Shown here piece after piece: positions 35,022-44,267 of a DNA stretch of 64,000 nt. Positions within the stretch are counted from its first letter, which is position 1; each line of letters opens with the position of its first letter. The stretch comes from Patescibacteria group bacterium (lineage in GTDB: Bacteria > Patescibacteriota > Kazan-3B-28): the NCBI GenBank assembly GCA_028717565.1, contig JAQUNP010000002.1, positions 90,054 to 154,053 on the forward strand. Reading direction: 5' to 3'. Both the position numbers and the translations under genes were made by a program. The notes beneath the pieces were generated by a model that had not been told where the DNA came from, ran no database searches, and was given only the letters and a program-made list of their open reading frames with translations.

Positions 35022-35042
35022 ACATTGACAGACTGTCAATGT
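35022..35042. promoter_or_regulatory. 21-bp perfect palindrome (candidate operator)
   Basis: ACATTGACAG-A-CTGTCAATGT begins 14 nt downstream of the -10 box. Confidence 0.55.
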
Positions 35043-35073
35043 AAGAGAGCTACTCTATCGAGGAGGTTGATCC

Positions 35074-35331
35074 ATGGGTGACGACCTTCAAACATACGTG
35101 TGTGGGTATGTACAGAAGTCAGCAACATCTGGGCAGGTTGCGCATGTGCGGGTCAAGGACCCGACGAGTAAGCACAACGGTCAGGTGATGCAGGTTTCGT
35201 CTACCTGTGATGGCAAGACCCATTGGTTGGACCAGGGTCTGCATGTCCAGTTTCAGATTGGCTATAAGGAAGGCCCACCGCCACGGAAGAAGAAGATTCC
35301 ATACGCGGTGAAGGTCCGTCTAGCCGATTAG
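35074..35331 (+). CDS. Hypothetical 85-aa protein (possibly OB/cold-shock-like)
   Basis: GAGGAGG RBS. The beta-rich pattern ending LDQGLHVQFQIGYKEG...YAVKVRL loosely resembles a CSD C-terminus. Confidence 0.45.
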   Translation: MGDDLQTYVCGYVQKSATSGQVAHVRVKDPTSKHNGQVMQVSSTCDGKTHWLDQGLHVQFQIGYKEGPPPRKKKIPYAVKVRLAD

Positions 35332-35415
35332 AACGGGCATATTAAAAAACATAAACTCCTAGGACCTAGGAGTTTGCGTCGCGTCATTCGTGTCATTTCG
35401 TCCAAGGAGACGATT

Positions 35416-37191
35416 ATGCATCTCACATTTATTATGATGGCTGTTCTCCTGGTTGTTTCGGCGATCGGGGGAGGTCTGATTTGGTGGATGGTTGATCTGT
35501 CCACCGCAATCCAAGCCATTGTCTGGCTCTGGATCGTTGAGGCGGCTCTCTACATTGGTCTGATTGTCTCGCTTTGGGGCGGTAAGCGCCGAGGTGAGGT
35601 CGATATCAGCCGGGGCTGGATGTACACGGTTCTTCGCTGGGGATACCAGTGGCAACACTGGGATGGCAGCGGAGGTGTCAATTTTTGGACTGGCCGGTGG
35701 CAGCTGTACGAATACGATCCAGACGGTTGGAAACGGGACCTGGGAAGCCAGATGAAATATCGTAACATCTGTTTCTTATGCACTTGTCTTTGTGTCTGTC
35801 TTCATTTCCTACCAGTGCGACTGGTCATCCGTTTGGTCGGCTGGCTGGTGGTAACTCCACTGTGGTGGCTGCTTTGGGCGCCAATACGGCTGCTGGTACT
35901 GATCGTTTATCAACTGATCTACCAGCTCATCCTAACCCCAATCGGCCATGGCTTAGTACGCTGGTTCCCGGGTACGCGGAGATTGCTCGAGCGACCAGTA
36001 TTTGGCTGGGAACCGCTGCCGTGGTGGGTGTTGTTGGTGTGTTTGGGGCTTGGGTGCCTCTACATTGCACCGACGACTCGCTACGCCTTGGCGATTACTC
36101 TGGTCTGGATGATGAGAATATCACTGGGCCTGGGGGTAGTGGCGGCGGTTGGTTATGCCATCGGGTCGGCGTTGAACAGTGAGAAGTTCTGGGCGTTCTG
36201 GTCTGATCTCGGTAAGGCAGTGCGTGACCCTTGGGATTCACAGCTGGTTAAGCTGGGTTTCTGGGTGGTCGTTTCCTTGACCGTTCTGCTGGTCCTAAGC
36301 CCCTTGGCATTTCACTACTGGGCTACGGTCAAAGTGCTGCTCTACATCCTGGACGTTATCCTGAACGTCGGCTTCATGCTAATAGCGGTCTGGACTTGTG
36401 TCATTATCACTAGCTGGCAGAGTCGCAAGATGATCGTTCTTTCCTCTGCTGTCTTTTGGGGCATGACTGCGTTGATGGCCGGCCCGGTTTTTAACTGGTT
36501 GTATACGCAGGTATGCGATTTACTGACTGTTCATATTCCGCTGATAACTGCCGGGGTAGCTGGTACACTTTGGCTATTCTGGCTGATTATACTCGGCCCC
36601 ATCAAGAGTATCGAGACGGCGCTGGAAAGAAAGCGTCTGCTCCAAGAAAGAGCTGCCGCGGCACAACAGCAGACATGGGGAGAATTCAAACGGCGACGCC
36701 CGGTGGTTGAAGGCAAGAAGTACGACAAGGACTTGGAGTATATGAAGGACTTGTTATATATGGCGCTGGGAGTTCTATTCTGCGGCATTCTCTTGGGGGG
36801 GATAGTGACGATCATTTATACCCTGGTCATCCACATCACCTGGAGAGTGGCCATGTGGGTAGGAGCCATTGTAGCCGGAGAGGTTGTGCTGCTGGTGCTA
36901 ATGGTGCGCTGGGCGCCGGCGATGGAACGGTTCTTCGATTGGCTGTACCGACTCGGTGTCTGGGTGGCCATGGGTCCTATTGGAAAGATCGTGGTCTTCC
37001 TAGTTCGCATGGTATGGTGGTGTGTGCTGAGCTGGGCGTTCCGTATCCTGTGGGCTGTCTTGCGAGGCACTGGGTCTTTCCTGCGCAATTGCTGGTATTG
37101 GCTCTGGGACGCTGGAGCTGCCTTGGCGGAAGCTGCTCGGGATGCCAAGGTCGGGCTTTGCCCCCTGGTCAATGTCAAGGTCGAACGATAA
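35416..37191 (+). CDS. Large Trp-rich polytopic membrane protein, unknown function
   Basis: AAGGAG RBS. About 14 predicted TM helices, many W/R-rich loops, and one coiled-coil-like soluble insert (ALERKRLLQERAAAAQQQ). Confidence 0.62.
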   Translation: MHLTFIMMAVLLVVSAIGGGLIWWMVDLSTAIQAIVWLWIVEAALYIGLIVSLWGGKRRGEVDISRGWMYTVLRWGYQWQHWDGSGGVNFWTGRWQLYEYDPDGWKRDLGSQMKYRNICFLCTCLCVCLHFLPVRLVIRLVGWLVVTPLWWLLWAPIRLLVLIVYQLIYQLILTPIGHGLVRWFPGTRRLLERPVFGWEPLPWWVLLVCLGLGCLYIAPTTRYALAITLVWMMRISLGLGVVAAVGYAIGSALNSEKFWAFWSDLGKAVRDPWDSQLVKLGFWVVVSLTVLLVLSPLAFHYWATVKVLLYILDVILNVGFMLIAVWTCVIITSWQSRKMIVLSSAVFWGMTALMAGPVFNWLYTQVCDLLTVHIPLITAGVAGTLWLFWLIILGPIKSIETALERKRLLQERAAAAQQQTWGEFKRRRPVVEGKKYDKDLEYMKDLLYMALGVLFCGILLGGIVTIIYTLVIHITWRVAMWVGAIVAGEVVLLVLMVRWAPAMERFFDWLYRLGVWVAMGPIGKIVVFLVRMVWWCVLSWAFRILWAVLRGTGSFLRNCWYWLWDAGAALAEAARDAKVGLCPLVNVKVER

Positions 37192-37225
37192 ATATGTACA
37201 TCCGATGGTATGGCAAAACCATCAC

Positions 37226-37254
37226 AACGCCGCCCCCAAGGGGCGGCGTTTTTG
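37226..37254 (+). terminator. GC-stem terminator, copy 2 of a duplicated pair
   Basis: AACGCCGCCCC-CAA-GGGGCGGCGTTTTTG. Confidence 0.85.
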
Positions 37255-37369
37255 ATATAAAAGTCCCCTCTCTGGTGGTTGAAAACCCCCCGGTTTTCAG
37301 GTATATTTAAGCAGTATAGAACCCCCCGCAGTGCCAAAACATAGCTTGGTACGCGGCAAGAAAAATCAC

Positions 37370-38425
37370 ATGGAATACGAAGAGGAAAATATTAGCCAGG
37401 AGGAGCTCGAACAGGCCGAGGATGATCGGGAAACAGAAGACGAAGAAGCTGCTCCCAAAAGGGCTGATAGAAAAGAAATAAAAGAACCAGAGGAAGAACC
37501 CATGGTAAGAAGACCTAAAAGTGCAGGACTGTTGCTGACCATCTTTGGGGCGGTTTTAATTGTTTTGATTGGCGGGCTAGCGTCTTATTATTACTACACT
37601 TTTCAGCAAATGGGTCGCAGCAATGAGCGGGTGTTGACGGACGTCTGGGATGAAACAGTGCTGGCGACGATTAATTTAGTAAATAAGTTTGATCAAATCA
37701 GCGAGTTTACTCAGCTGGGCGAGAGCGACTCGGACAATTTTGAAAGTTATGTGAGTGATGCGAATCGAGCTGTGCGGGATGGTGTTTTTGATGTACGTAG
37801 CCAAACTGGACTCGATGTTTCGGCGAGCACGTTTGCAAGCAAACTCAACAGTTTCTTAGATGACTATAGCAACATGCTTGGTGAGCTAAAACGCATAGCT
37901 TCGCGGGCTGATGAGATTGACGATCCCAACGAACTCAAGGAACTAATTGGCTATGGTGATGACATGGAAAGCTCGTACGATGCGCTAATCTTGGCCAGCA
38001 ACAGCTTCATCCAGGCGAATCTCCCGCGGGATATTTTTGATATGCCGGACGATATTTCGACCATGCTTGAAGATAAATTAGAAAGTGATGGTACACTAGA
38101 AGCCCAAGAGAAAGAAAACCGCCAGGCGGCCGAGCAGGTGGCAACTCAATTCGTGCAGGCCTGGAAAGATCGTGATGCTGATGGCATGTCGGCACTGATG
38201 ACGAGTGGTGCCAGAGGGGAATTTAATCGGGGTGTTTTGGAGGATTCTTCAGACATTACAAGTTTTCGGATAATGAGTACGAAGATGGATGCCGATGCGG
38301 CGATCGAGATTTCTGGACGGTTGGAGAAAGAAACACCGGATGGTCAAACCGCCGATGAAGATTGGAAATTTACTTTGATAAAAACCGGGGACAACTGGCT
38401 GATAGATACTTGGAAAAAGGTATAA
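37370..38425 (+). CDS. Membrane-anchored protein with an acidic N-terminus and an NTF2/SnoaL-like C-terminus
   Basis: TM helix LLLTIFGAVLIVLIGGLASYYYY. C-terminal QFVQAWKDRDADGMSALM pattern. Start is uncertain (GTG 37331 or ATG 37370). Confidence 0.55.
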   Translation: MEYEEENISQEELEQAEDDRETEDEEAAPKRADRKEIKEPEEEPMVRRPKSAGLLLTIFGAVLIVLIGGLASYYYYTFQQMGRSNERVLTDVWDETVLATINLVNKFDQISEFTQLGESDSDNFESYVSDANRAVRDGVFDVRSQTGLDVSASTFASKLNSFLDDYSNMLGELKRIASRADEIDDPNELKELIGYGDDMESSYDALILASNSFIQANLPRDIFDMPDDISTMLEDKLESDGTLEAQEKENRQAAEQVATQFVQAWKDRDADGMSALMTSGARGEFNRGVLEDSSDITSFRIMSTKMDADAAIEISGRLEKETPDGQTADEDWKFTLIKTGDNWLIDTWKKV

Positions 38426-38498
38426 AACAAATTTAACCAAGCTAAGCAACAGCCACCTAGATTAATAATCTTGATTGTTTTAGTTTGTGATTTAGCTC

Positions 38499-41375
38499 AT
38501 GGAAGACGATAAATTTCATATAGGGAAAGTTAGTGCCAGGTCGATCGAGCTGGAGATGCGGCAGTCGTATTTGGACTACGCGATGAGTGTAATCGTGTCG
38601 CGGGCTTTGCCGGATGTGCGCGATGGTATGAAGCCAGTGCATCGGCGCATTTTGTTTTCCATGAATGAAGCAGGTCTCAAACACACCGCCAAATATCGTA
38701 AGAGTGCGGAGGTATCGGGTACTGTCATCGCTTTTTATCACCCGCATGGTGATCAGGCGGTGTATGACTCCATGGTGCGTTTGGCTCAACCGTGGAATAT
38801 GCGCTACGAACTAGTGGATGGGCAGGGCAACTTTGGTTCCATCGATGGTGATGGCGCAGCGGCTAACCGCTATACCGAGGCGAGAATGACAAAGATTGCC
38901 GAAGAAATATTGGCCGATATCGACAAAAAAACGGTACCGTTCGTGGATAACTATTCTGGTACCAAACAAGAGCCGACGGTTTTGCCGACCAAAATTCCCC
39001 AGCTGCTTTTGAACGGCACGGTGGGTATTGCGGTAGGTATGGCGACCAATATTCCACCCCACAATCTAAATGAGATTATGAATGCCACCACGGCACTAAT
39101 CGACAATCCGGATGTGGACGTGGATGGTTTAATGGAATACGTGCAAGGTCCAGATTTTCCGACTGGTGGTGTAATTTTTAATATCAAAGATATCAAAGAG
39201 GCCTACGCTACCGGCAAGGGTCGCATTGTGATGCGCGCAGTAGCCGAGATTGTGGAAGGCAAGGCCGGACATCAAATTATCATTAGCGAAATTCCGTACC
39301 AAGTGAACAAGGCAGTCATGGTAGAAAAGATTGCCGAGCTAGTGAAGGTCAAAAAACTAGTGGGGATTGCCGATCTGCGTGATGAATCCGACCGAGATGG
39401 TATTAGGGTGGTAATCGATCTTAAAAAAGATGCGTATCCCAAAAAAATCCTAAACCAGCTTTTCAAGCTGACTCCTATGCAGTCGGTTTTCCATATGAAT
39501 ATGTTGGCGTTGGTAGATGGACTCCAGCCCAAAGTTTTGAATCTCAAGCGGGTTTTGGAGCATTTTATCAATCATCGCCGCGAGGTAGTGACCAACCGCA
39601 CCAAGTTTGAGCTGAACAAAGCTGAAGAGCGGGCGCATATTTTAGAGGGATTCAAGATCGCGCTGGATAATATTGACGCTGTCATCAAGACCATTAAAGC
39701 ATCTGCGACCAAAGAAGAAGCACATGCTAATTTAATGAAGAAATTCAAGCTTTCCGAGATTCAGGCGACGGCGATTTTGGAAATGCGGTTGCAAGCACTG
39801 GCCGGTCTGGAGCGCAAAAAAGTTGAGGACGAGTACAAAGAGAAAATGGCGCTGATCAAGGAGCTCAAGGCACTGTTGGCTGACCCGAAAAAAATCGATG
39901 AGGTAATCAAGGACGAATGCAAGGACATGCAGGATAAATATGGTGACGAGCGCCGCACTCAGGTATCCAGAAAAAATGTGGGCGACTTCACCGATATGGA
40001 TCTAATCCCCAATGAAGAAGTGGTGATTACTATGACAGAGGGTGGTTATGTAAAACGGCAGCCGGTAGCGGAATATCGTCAGCAACGCCGAGGTGGTAAA
40101 GGAGTGATTGGTATGACCACCAAAGAAGAAGACCAGATCAACACTATTCAGGTGGCGATGAACCACAACGATATCCTTTTCTTCACAAACAAAGGCCGCG
40201 TCTTTAAGCAAAAAGTTTTTGAGATTCCTAAGGCCTCGCGGATTGCCCGAGGTACGGCGGTGGTCAACCTGATTCAAACTGCGCCGGACGAACTGGTAAC
40301 AGCCATGTTGTCCCTGCCAGATTTTGATGCAAAAGAGATGTTTGTGATGGTGACCAAAGAGGGAGTGATTAAAAAGACGCTTATTTCGGCCTATGCCAAT
40401 ATTAGAAGCAACGGCTTGATTGCTATCAAGCTAGATGAAGGTGATGAACTTAGATGGGTGCGCCGGGCAATGCCCAGTGACAAGATAATGATTGTGACCC
40501 AAAACGGCCAGTCGATTTTGTTTAAGGAAAGTGATGCTCGTCTCATCGGCCGCTCGGCTCGGGGGGTGCGGGGTATGCGCTTAAGAAAAGGCGATCAGGT
40601 CGTGGGGGCGTCGGTGGTGCCAAATAAGCAGGATGGCAATATGGCTCTCTTGGTTATTTCGGAAAATGGTCTAGGTAAAAAGACACTCATTTCTCAATAT
40701 ACTGTGCAGAAACGCGGCGGCATTGGCCTAAAAACTATGAATATCACCACAAAAACCGGCAAGATCGTGGGCTCGGCTGTGGTGTACAAAGATCTCAAAA
40801 CCGATATCATCATCACCTCGACGGGTGGTCAGATCATCCGGTTGCCACTAAAAGGTGTGTCCACACTTGGTCGTGCCACGCAGGGAGTGCGAGTGATGAA
40901 AATGAAAGGTAGCGACAAGGTGGCTTCATTTACCATCTTGGTGGTGGAGGAGGCCGACGGATCCATGACAGATCCCAATGAGGAGTTGGCAGAGGGCGAA
41001 TCACCAAAGGTACAAACTCTGCCCAAAAATGGCTCTAAGCAGTTGGCCAAAGAGGATTTGAGTGGTGAAGACGAGGAAGACCGCAGTAGTAGAGCGAAGC
41101 TCACTACACGGCAGGGGAAGACAAAGGCCACACCTTCAAAGGCGGCCAAGGCCGGATTTACAAAAAAGAAATTAGCTGGTAAAACTACCAAAGACCGCAG
41201 TGTTAAAGCAAAAGCCAGTCCACGGCAGGGAAAGTCAAAGGCCCCAGCCAAAGCCAAGGCCTTCACTACAAAAAAGCTGGTGGGAAAAACCACCAAAGCG
41301 AAAGTGGTTAGGAAGCCCTCCAGCGCCAAGAGCGCTCCGGGCCAGAAGGGATTTACTAGACGTAAACTAAAATAA
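38499..41375 (+). CDS. gyrA: DNA gyrase subunit A with a ~150-aa Lys-rich repetitive C-terminal tail
   Basis: AAMRYTE-type active-site region ([10 protein letters not shown]), a QRDR-like block, and six beta-pinwheel repeats. The tail from about nt 40930 contains RQGK(T/S)KA...KKL(A/V)GKTTK repeats. Confidence 0.96.
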   Translation: MEDDKFHIGKVSARSIELEMRQSYLDYAMSVIVSRALPDVRDGMKPVHRRILFSMNEAGLKHTAKYRKSAEVSGTVIAFYHPHGDQAVYDSMVRLAQPWNMRYELVDGQGNFGSIDGDGAAANRYTEARMTKIAEEILADIDKKTVPFVDNYSGTKQEPTVLPTKIPQLLLNGTVGIAVGMATNIPPHNLNEIMNATTALIDNPDVDVDGLMEYVQGPDFPTGGVIFNIKDIKEAYATGKGRIVMRAVAEIVEGKAGHQIIISEIPYQVNKAVMVEKIAELVKVKKLVGIADLRDESDRDGIRVVIDLKKDAYPKKILNQLFKLTPMQSVFHMNMLALVDGLQPKVLNLKRVLEHFINHRREVVTNRTKFELNKAEERAHILEGFKIALDNIDAVIKTIKASATKEEAHANLMKKFKLSEIQATAILEMRLQALAGLERKKVEDEYKEKMALIKELKALLADPKKIDEVIKDECKDMQDKYGDERRTQVSRKNVGDFTDMDLIPNEEVVITMTEGGYVKRQPVAEYRQQRRGGKGVIGMTTKEEDQINTIQVAMNHNDILFFTNKGRVFKQKVFEIPKASRIARGTAVVNLIQTAPDELVTAMLSLPDFDAKEMFVMVTKEGVIKKTLISAYANIRSNGLIAIKLDEGDELRWVRRAMPSDKIMIVTQNGQSILFKESDARLIGRSARGVRGMRLRKGDQVVGASVVPNKQDGNMALLVISENGLGKKTLISQYTVQKRGGIGLKTMNITTKTGKIVGSAVVYKDLKTDIIITSTGGQIIRLPLKGVSTLGRATQGVRVMKMKGSDKVASFTILVVEEADGSMTDPNEELAEGESPKVQTLPKNGSKQLAKEDLSGEDEEDRSSRAKLTTRQGKTKATPSKAAKAGFTKKKLAGKTTKDRSVKAKASPRQGKSKAPAKAKAFTTKKLVGKTTKAKVVRKPSSAKSAPGQKGFTRRKLK

Positions 41376-41376
41376 G

Positions 41377-41787
41377 ATGAGTTTTCTAAATATCTTTAAG
41401 CTTTCCTACTATTTCGATAATAGTATTCACTATACCTTCACTGGGATGTGGGTGGTGGCGGTCATCTTGGCGTTGTTGATTATCGCGTGTTGGATAATCA
41501 ATTACAAATTCGCCAAAAAATGGACTTTCCTGAAGAGGATTGTCGCCGAGCGCCTCACTCGGGCTGGTTATATTGTAGGTTGGGTGGGTTTGGCTTGGCT
41601 ATTTTTTAGATACGAATCAATTCCCTACTTTTCGGTGCGGATGTGGCCGCTGTTGCTTTTCATCTATGTAGTGGTAGAGGTGGTCTATCTGATTAAGTGG
41701 GTGAAAAAGGATTATCCTCGTCTGAAGGCGAAGAAGAAAGGGATGGGGGATAAGGATTTATATCTGAGGAAGTTTTTGGGGAAATAG
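41377..41787 (+). CDS. Hypothetical 3-TM membrane protein
   Basis: Starts 1 nt after the gyrA stop. Three hydrophobic helices and a basic C-terminus. Confidence 0.6.
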   Translation: MSFLNIFKLSYYFDNSIHYTFTGMWVVAVILALLIIACWIINYKFAKKWTFLKRIVAERLTRAGYIVGWVGLAWLFFRYESIPYFSVRMWPLLLFIYVVVEVVYLIKWVKKDYPRLKAKKKGMGDKDLYLRKFLGK

Positions 41788-41991
41788 CTTTTTGCCACCA
41801 TTTGTATCGGCAAACGGTGGCCCAAACCTCCCTCCTGGTTCCGTGAGCTGACTCATTGGCTGATTTGTCTTACCGCTAATGGTCGAAACTCGCCTTCAGC
41901 TCAAACATCTCCCCGCGACAACAAATCAGCTCAATGTCGTTTCCATCTCACTCCACAAGTCGGCGTGGTAGGGAAGAAATATCTTAATATT

Positions 41992-42018
41992 TCAATGGCT
42001 CAAGATTTGAGCCATTGA
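41992..42018. terminator. Hairpin-family element (TCAATGGCTCA-AGATT-TGAGCCATTGA)
   Basis: Perfect 11-bp stem. Forms the left flank of the zinc-ribbon cassette. Confidence 0.7.
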
Positions 42019-42070
42019 GTTTTTGGCCAAGGGGGAGAGAAAAGCAGGGTATACTTACTCAATTTTTAAC

Positions 42071-42094
42071 TAATGACGCTATATAGCGTCATTA
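42071..42094. repeat. 24-bp perfect palindrome TAATGACGCTATATAGCGTCATTA
   Basis: Shares the 14-bp core ACGCTATATAGCGT with 48955-48970. Confidence 0.8.
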
Positions 42095-42200
42095 ATCTGG
42101 ATATGGTTTGGCTCTGTTGTGGCAGTGGGAGTTTGGGATAGACCATAGGCCCCGGGATGTCGGGGCCTATTATGGTGGTGCGATGTGGCCGCGGTGGATA

Positions 42201-42497
42201 TCAGCTGGTCTGCCGTATTTTCAGAACGTTTTCTACATAGTCGCCGTAGGTCCAGTCGATATCGGTTGTGCCACATCTTGGGCAGAGCAGATCGTGGTAG
42301 GGGGACCTGGCCGTATAGAATGCTTCCGGTGGGGCGGTGAAGCCGCAGCCGTTGCATCGTGGCGGGTGTTCTACATCTGCGCTTTGGCACTTGGGGCATC
42401 GGGCAGATTGCTGAAGTGGAGTGCAAAGGGGATTGGTGTAGAAGGTGTCGAGATCGCCCGTATGTCCACAAGCTTTACAAGTTGCTGTGTGTGCCAC
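42201..42497 (-). CDS. Triple zinc-ribbon protein
   Basis: AAGGAGG lies 5 nt before the GTG at 42497. Three CxxC...CxxC pairs (CKACGH..CPKC, CNGCGF, CPRCG). GC-rich. Confidence 0.6.
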   Translation of the reverse strand: MAHTATCKACGHTGDLDTFYTNPLCTPLQQSARCPKCQSADVEHPPRCNGCGFTAPPEAFYTARSPYHDLLCPRCGTTDIDWTYGDYVENVLKIRQTS

Positions 42498-42578
42498 TTT
42501 TTCCTCCTTTAACAAACGGAGGTCTCCAAGACCCCCATTGTTGGAATGCCTCCAGAGTACACGTGGTAGCTATTTTTT

Positions 42579-42606
42579 TCAACGGCTCAAGTTTTGAGCC
42601 GTTGGA
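42579..42606. terminator. Hairpin-family element (TCAACGGCTCA-AGTTT-TGAGCCGTTGGA)
   Basis: Same family as 41992 and 55274. Forms the right flank of the zinc-ribbon cassette. Confidence 0.7.
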
Positions 42607-42615
42607 TTTTTGGGT

Positions 42616-42661
42616 AAAAAAGAACCGCACCGGCTGGGTTGGAACCAGCGCATGGTGCGGT
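42616..42661 (-). terminator. 46-nt structured terminator, copy 1
   Basis: The minus strand reads ACCGCACC-ATGCGCTGGTTCCAACCCAGCC-GGTGCGGT-TCTTTTTT. It matches 49011-49056 at 45 of 46 nt. Confidence 0.8.
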
Positions 42662-42687
42662 GTCTTTAATTAGGGAGCGGTTTTGGG

Positions 42688-44172
42688 CTAGAGCTGCAGC
42701 TCGCCTTTGGCTACAAGCTGCCTTAAGCGGTTGAAGGCGAAGTCGTAAGTCCAGGAGCGGTCGAAGGTATTGTAAGGGGACCTTCGCCCACAGAGTGTCA
42801 GGAGCTGCTCGGTTGTGAACTCCAGCTGCTCCATTGTCGACATCAGGACGGTCCGAAGCCCTGTGTTGTCGTTGCTGATGAGCTGGGCTGCAGTCATACA
42901 TTCCTCAGGGGTTGCGGCCAGCTCCACCAGCCGCTTTCTGGAATGCTGGTGAATGCCGGGGTCTTTCAGGCCGGAGGCGTTGAGCTTATAGACCTGGAGC
43001 CACTGCTCAAACCGGCGGGCATAGCCCTTGAGCTTGGTCAGCCCCTCAAGCGAGGGATAGACCTTACAGACCTTGAGGGTCTGGGCGAAGCCGCTGGCTA
43101 CCGACAAGACACGTTCCCCCCGGAGCTTGTGTTTCTCACAGTCCTCTTGGCCGAGGCCGAGCAGCCCGTATTTATTGCACTGCTCCGCTACTAGCGACTC
43201 CTCAACGGTTGAGGCGCACTCGAAGAGCTGCGCATGGGCGTGTTTGGTTACAAACCCATACGCGTGACGAGCGGCGGCGGTTGCGTGAACTTTCAGCCAG
43301 TTGGAGAAGCTGGCTCCGGCATATTCGTCGAGTGTCAGCAGGAGCAGATCGGCATGTGGCCCTCGGTCTCTGGGGCAATCATCCGCAGAACAGGTTCGGC
43401 AGATCTCCAGGCAGACGTCGAGTGAGGTGAGACCGTGTTTCAGTCGAGCCAGCAGGATGAGCCCTTGAGGGGTATCGCACGAATAGATAGAATAGATACT
43501 CTGCCCGAGTAGCTGATAACACTGGACGGGCGTCTCGGCTAATGCCACCAAGAGGGCCTCTAGGCGTATTCGGGTTTCTGTCAGCAGGGTAGGAAGTTTT
43601 TCTTTTTCTCCTTCCTGTGCTTGCTCCCATTCATGCCAAACGTAGTCGCAGATGATCTCACATGCGGCAAGGGTGCTGTCGAAGTCGGTTGCGGACGCTT
43701 CGATTTTGTGAATCAATGCCCCGAGAGTGGACCCTGGGATTTGCCCATATCCATGTCTGATAAGGCGAACCACCTGCTTGAGGTCGTCCAGAGTTTGTGC
43801 TTTTTCCACCAAAGTGAGGAAGGTGATAGCGCCTCGCTCGTGGAGCGAGGCGTAGTCGGAAAACGTCTCAGCAGCTGCGAGAGCTTGTTGCGTGATAAGC
43901 CCCCAGAGGGCGTAGCTCTCCGTCTTGTACTTGCCCAACAGCCCAAGCCATTCTTGGGTTGTCAACTCGAGCGCACGTAGCGCGGTGGTTACTCGATCCT
44001 TGGCGTCTTCTTCGCTGGGATCGAGCAGGTCGTGGAGGCGAACCAGCCACTCGGCTGGGTAACGCTGTCTCTTTAGATTGAGCTTCCCTCCTTTTAGGAG
44101 GAGAAGCAAGGACAAACCCGGCCCAAGAAGGGTCGAGAGCATCTCAGCCAAACGCACGGTGGTTCTGGCCAT
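42688..44172 (-). CDS. Hypothetical 494-aa all-helical protein
   Basis: AAGGAG RBS 7 nt before the ATG. Long amphipathic helices with scattered Cys. No NTPase or nuclease motif seen. Confidence 0.62.
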   Translation of the reverse strand: MARTTVRLAEMLSTLLGPGLSLLLLLKGGKLNLKRQRYPAEWLVRLHDLLDPSEEDAKDRVTTALRALELTTQEWLGLLGKYKTESYALWGLITQQALAAAETFSDYASLHERGAITFLTLVEKAQTLDDLKQVVRLIRHGYGQIPGSTLGALIHKIEASATDFDSTLAACEIICDYVWHEWEQAQEGEKEKLPTLLTETRIRLEALLVALAETPVQCYQLLGQSIYSIYSCDTPQGLILLARLKHGLTSLDVCLEICRTCSADDCPRDRGPHADLLLLTLDEYAGASFSNWLKVHATAAARHAYGFVTKHAHAQLFECASTVEESLVAEQCNKYGLLGLGQEDCEKHKLRGERVLSVASGFAQTLKVCKVYPSLEGLTKLKGYARRFEQWLQVYKLNASGLKDPGIHQHSRKRLVELAATPEECMTAAQLISNDNTGLRTVLMSTMEQLEFTTEQLLTLCGRRSPYNTFDRSWTYDFAFNRLRQLVAKGELQL

Positions 44173-44267
44173 CGGTCGACTCCTTTTTGTAAGGGGCGAA
44201 ACCGCCCCCTACGGTTTTATTAGTATGGTGTCATACTACACAACGTTGCTGGCTAAATCAAGTTTTC

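Noticed and set aside
36816-37337. 173-aa minus-strand ORF and 151-aa + strand alternative frame at the 3' end of the large membrane-protein gene
   Set aside because: It overlaps the terminator and the well-supported TM-rich frame. No RBS is present.
40829-41329. 166-aa minus-strand ORF opposite the gyrA tail
   Set aside because: The Lys/Ala-rich repeat codons (AAG/GCC) read as Leu/Ala/Phe-rich on the opposite strand. This is an artefact of the repeat.
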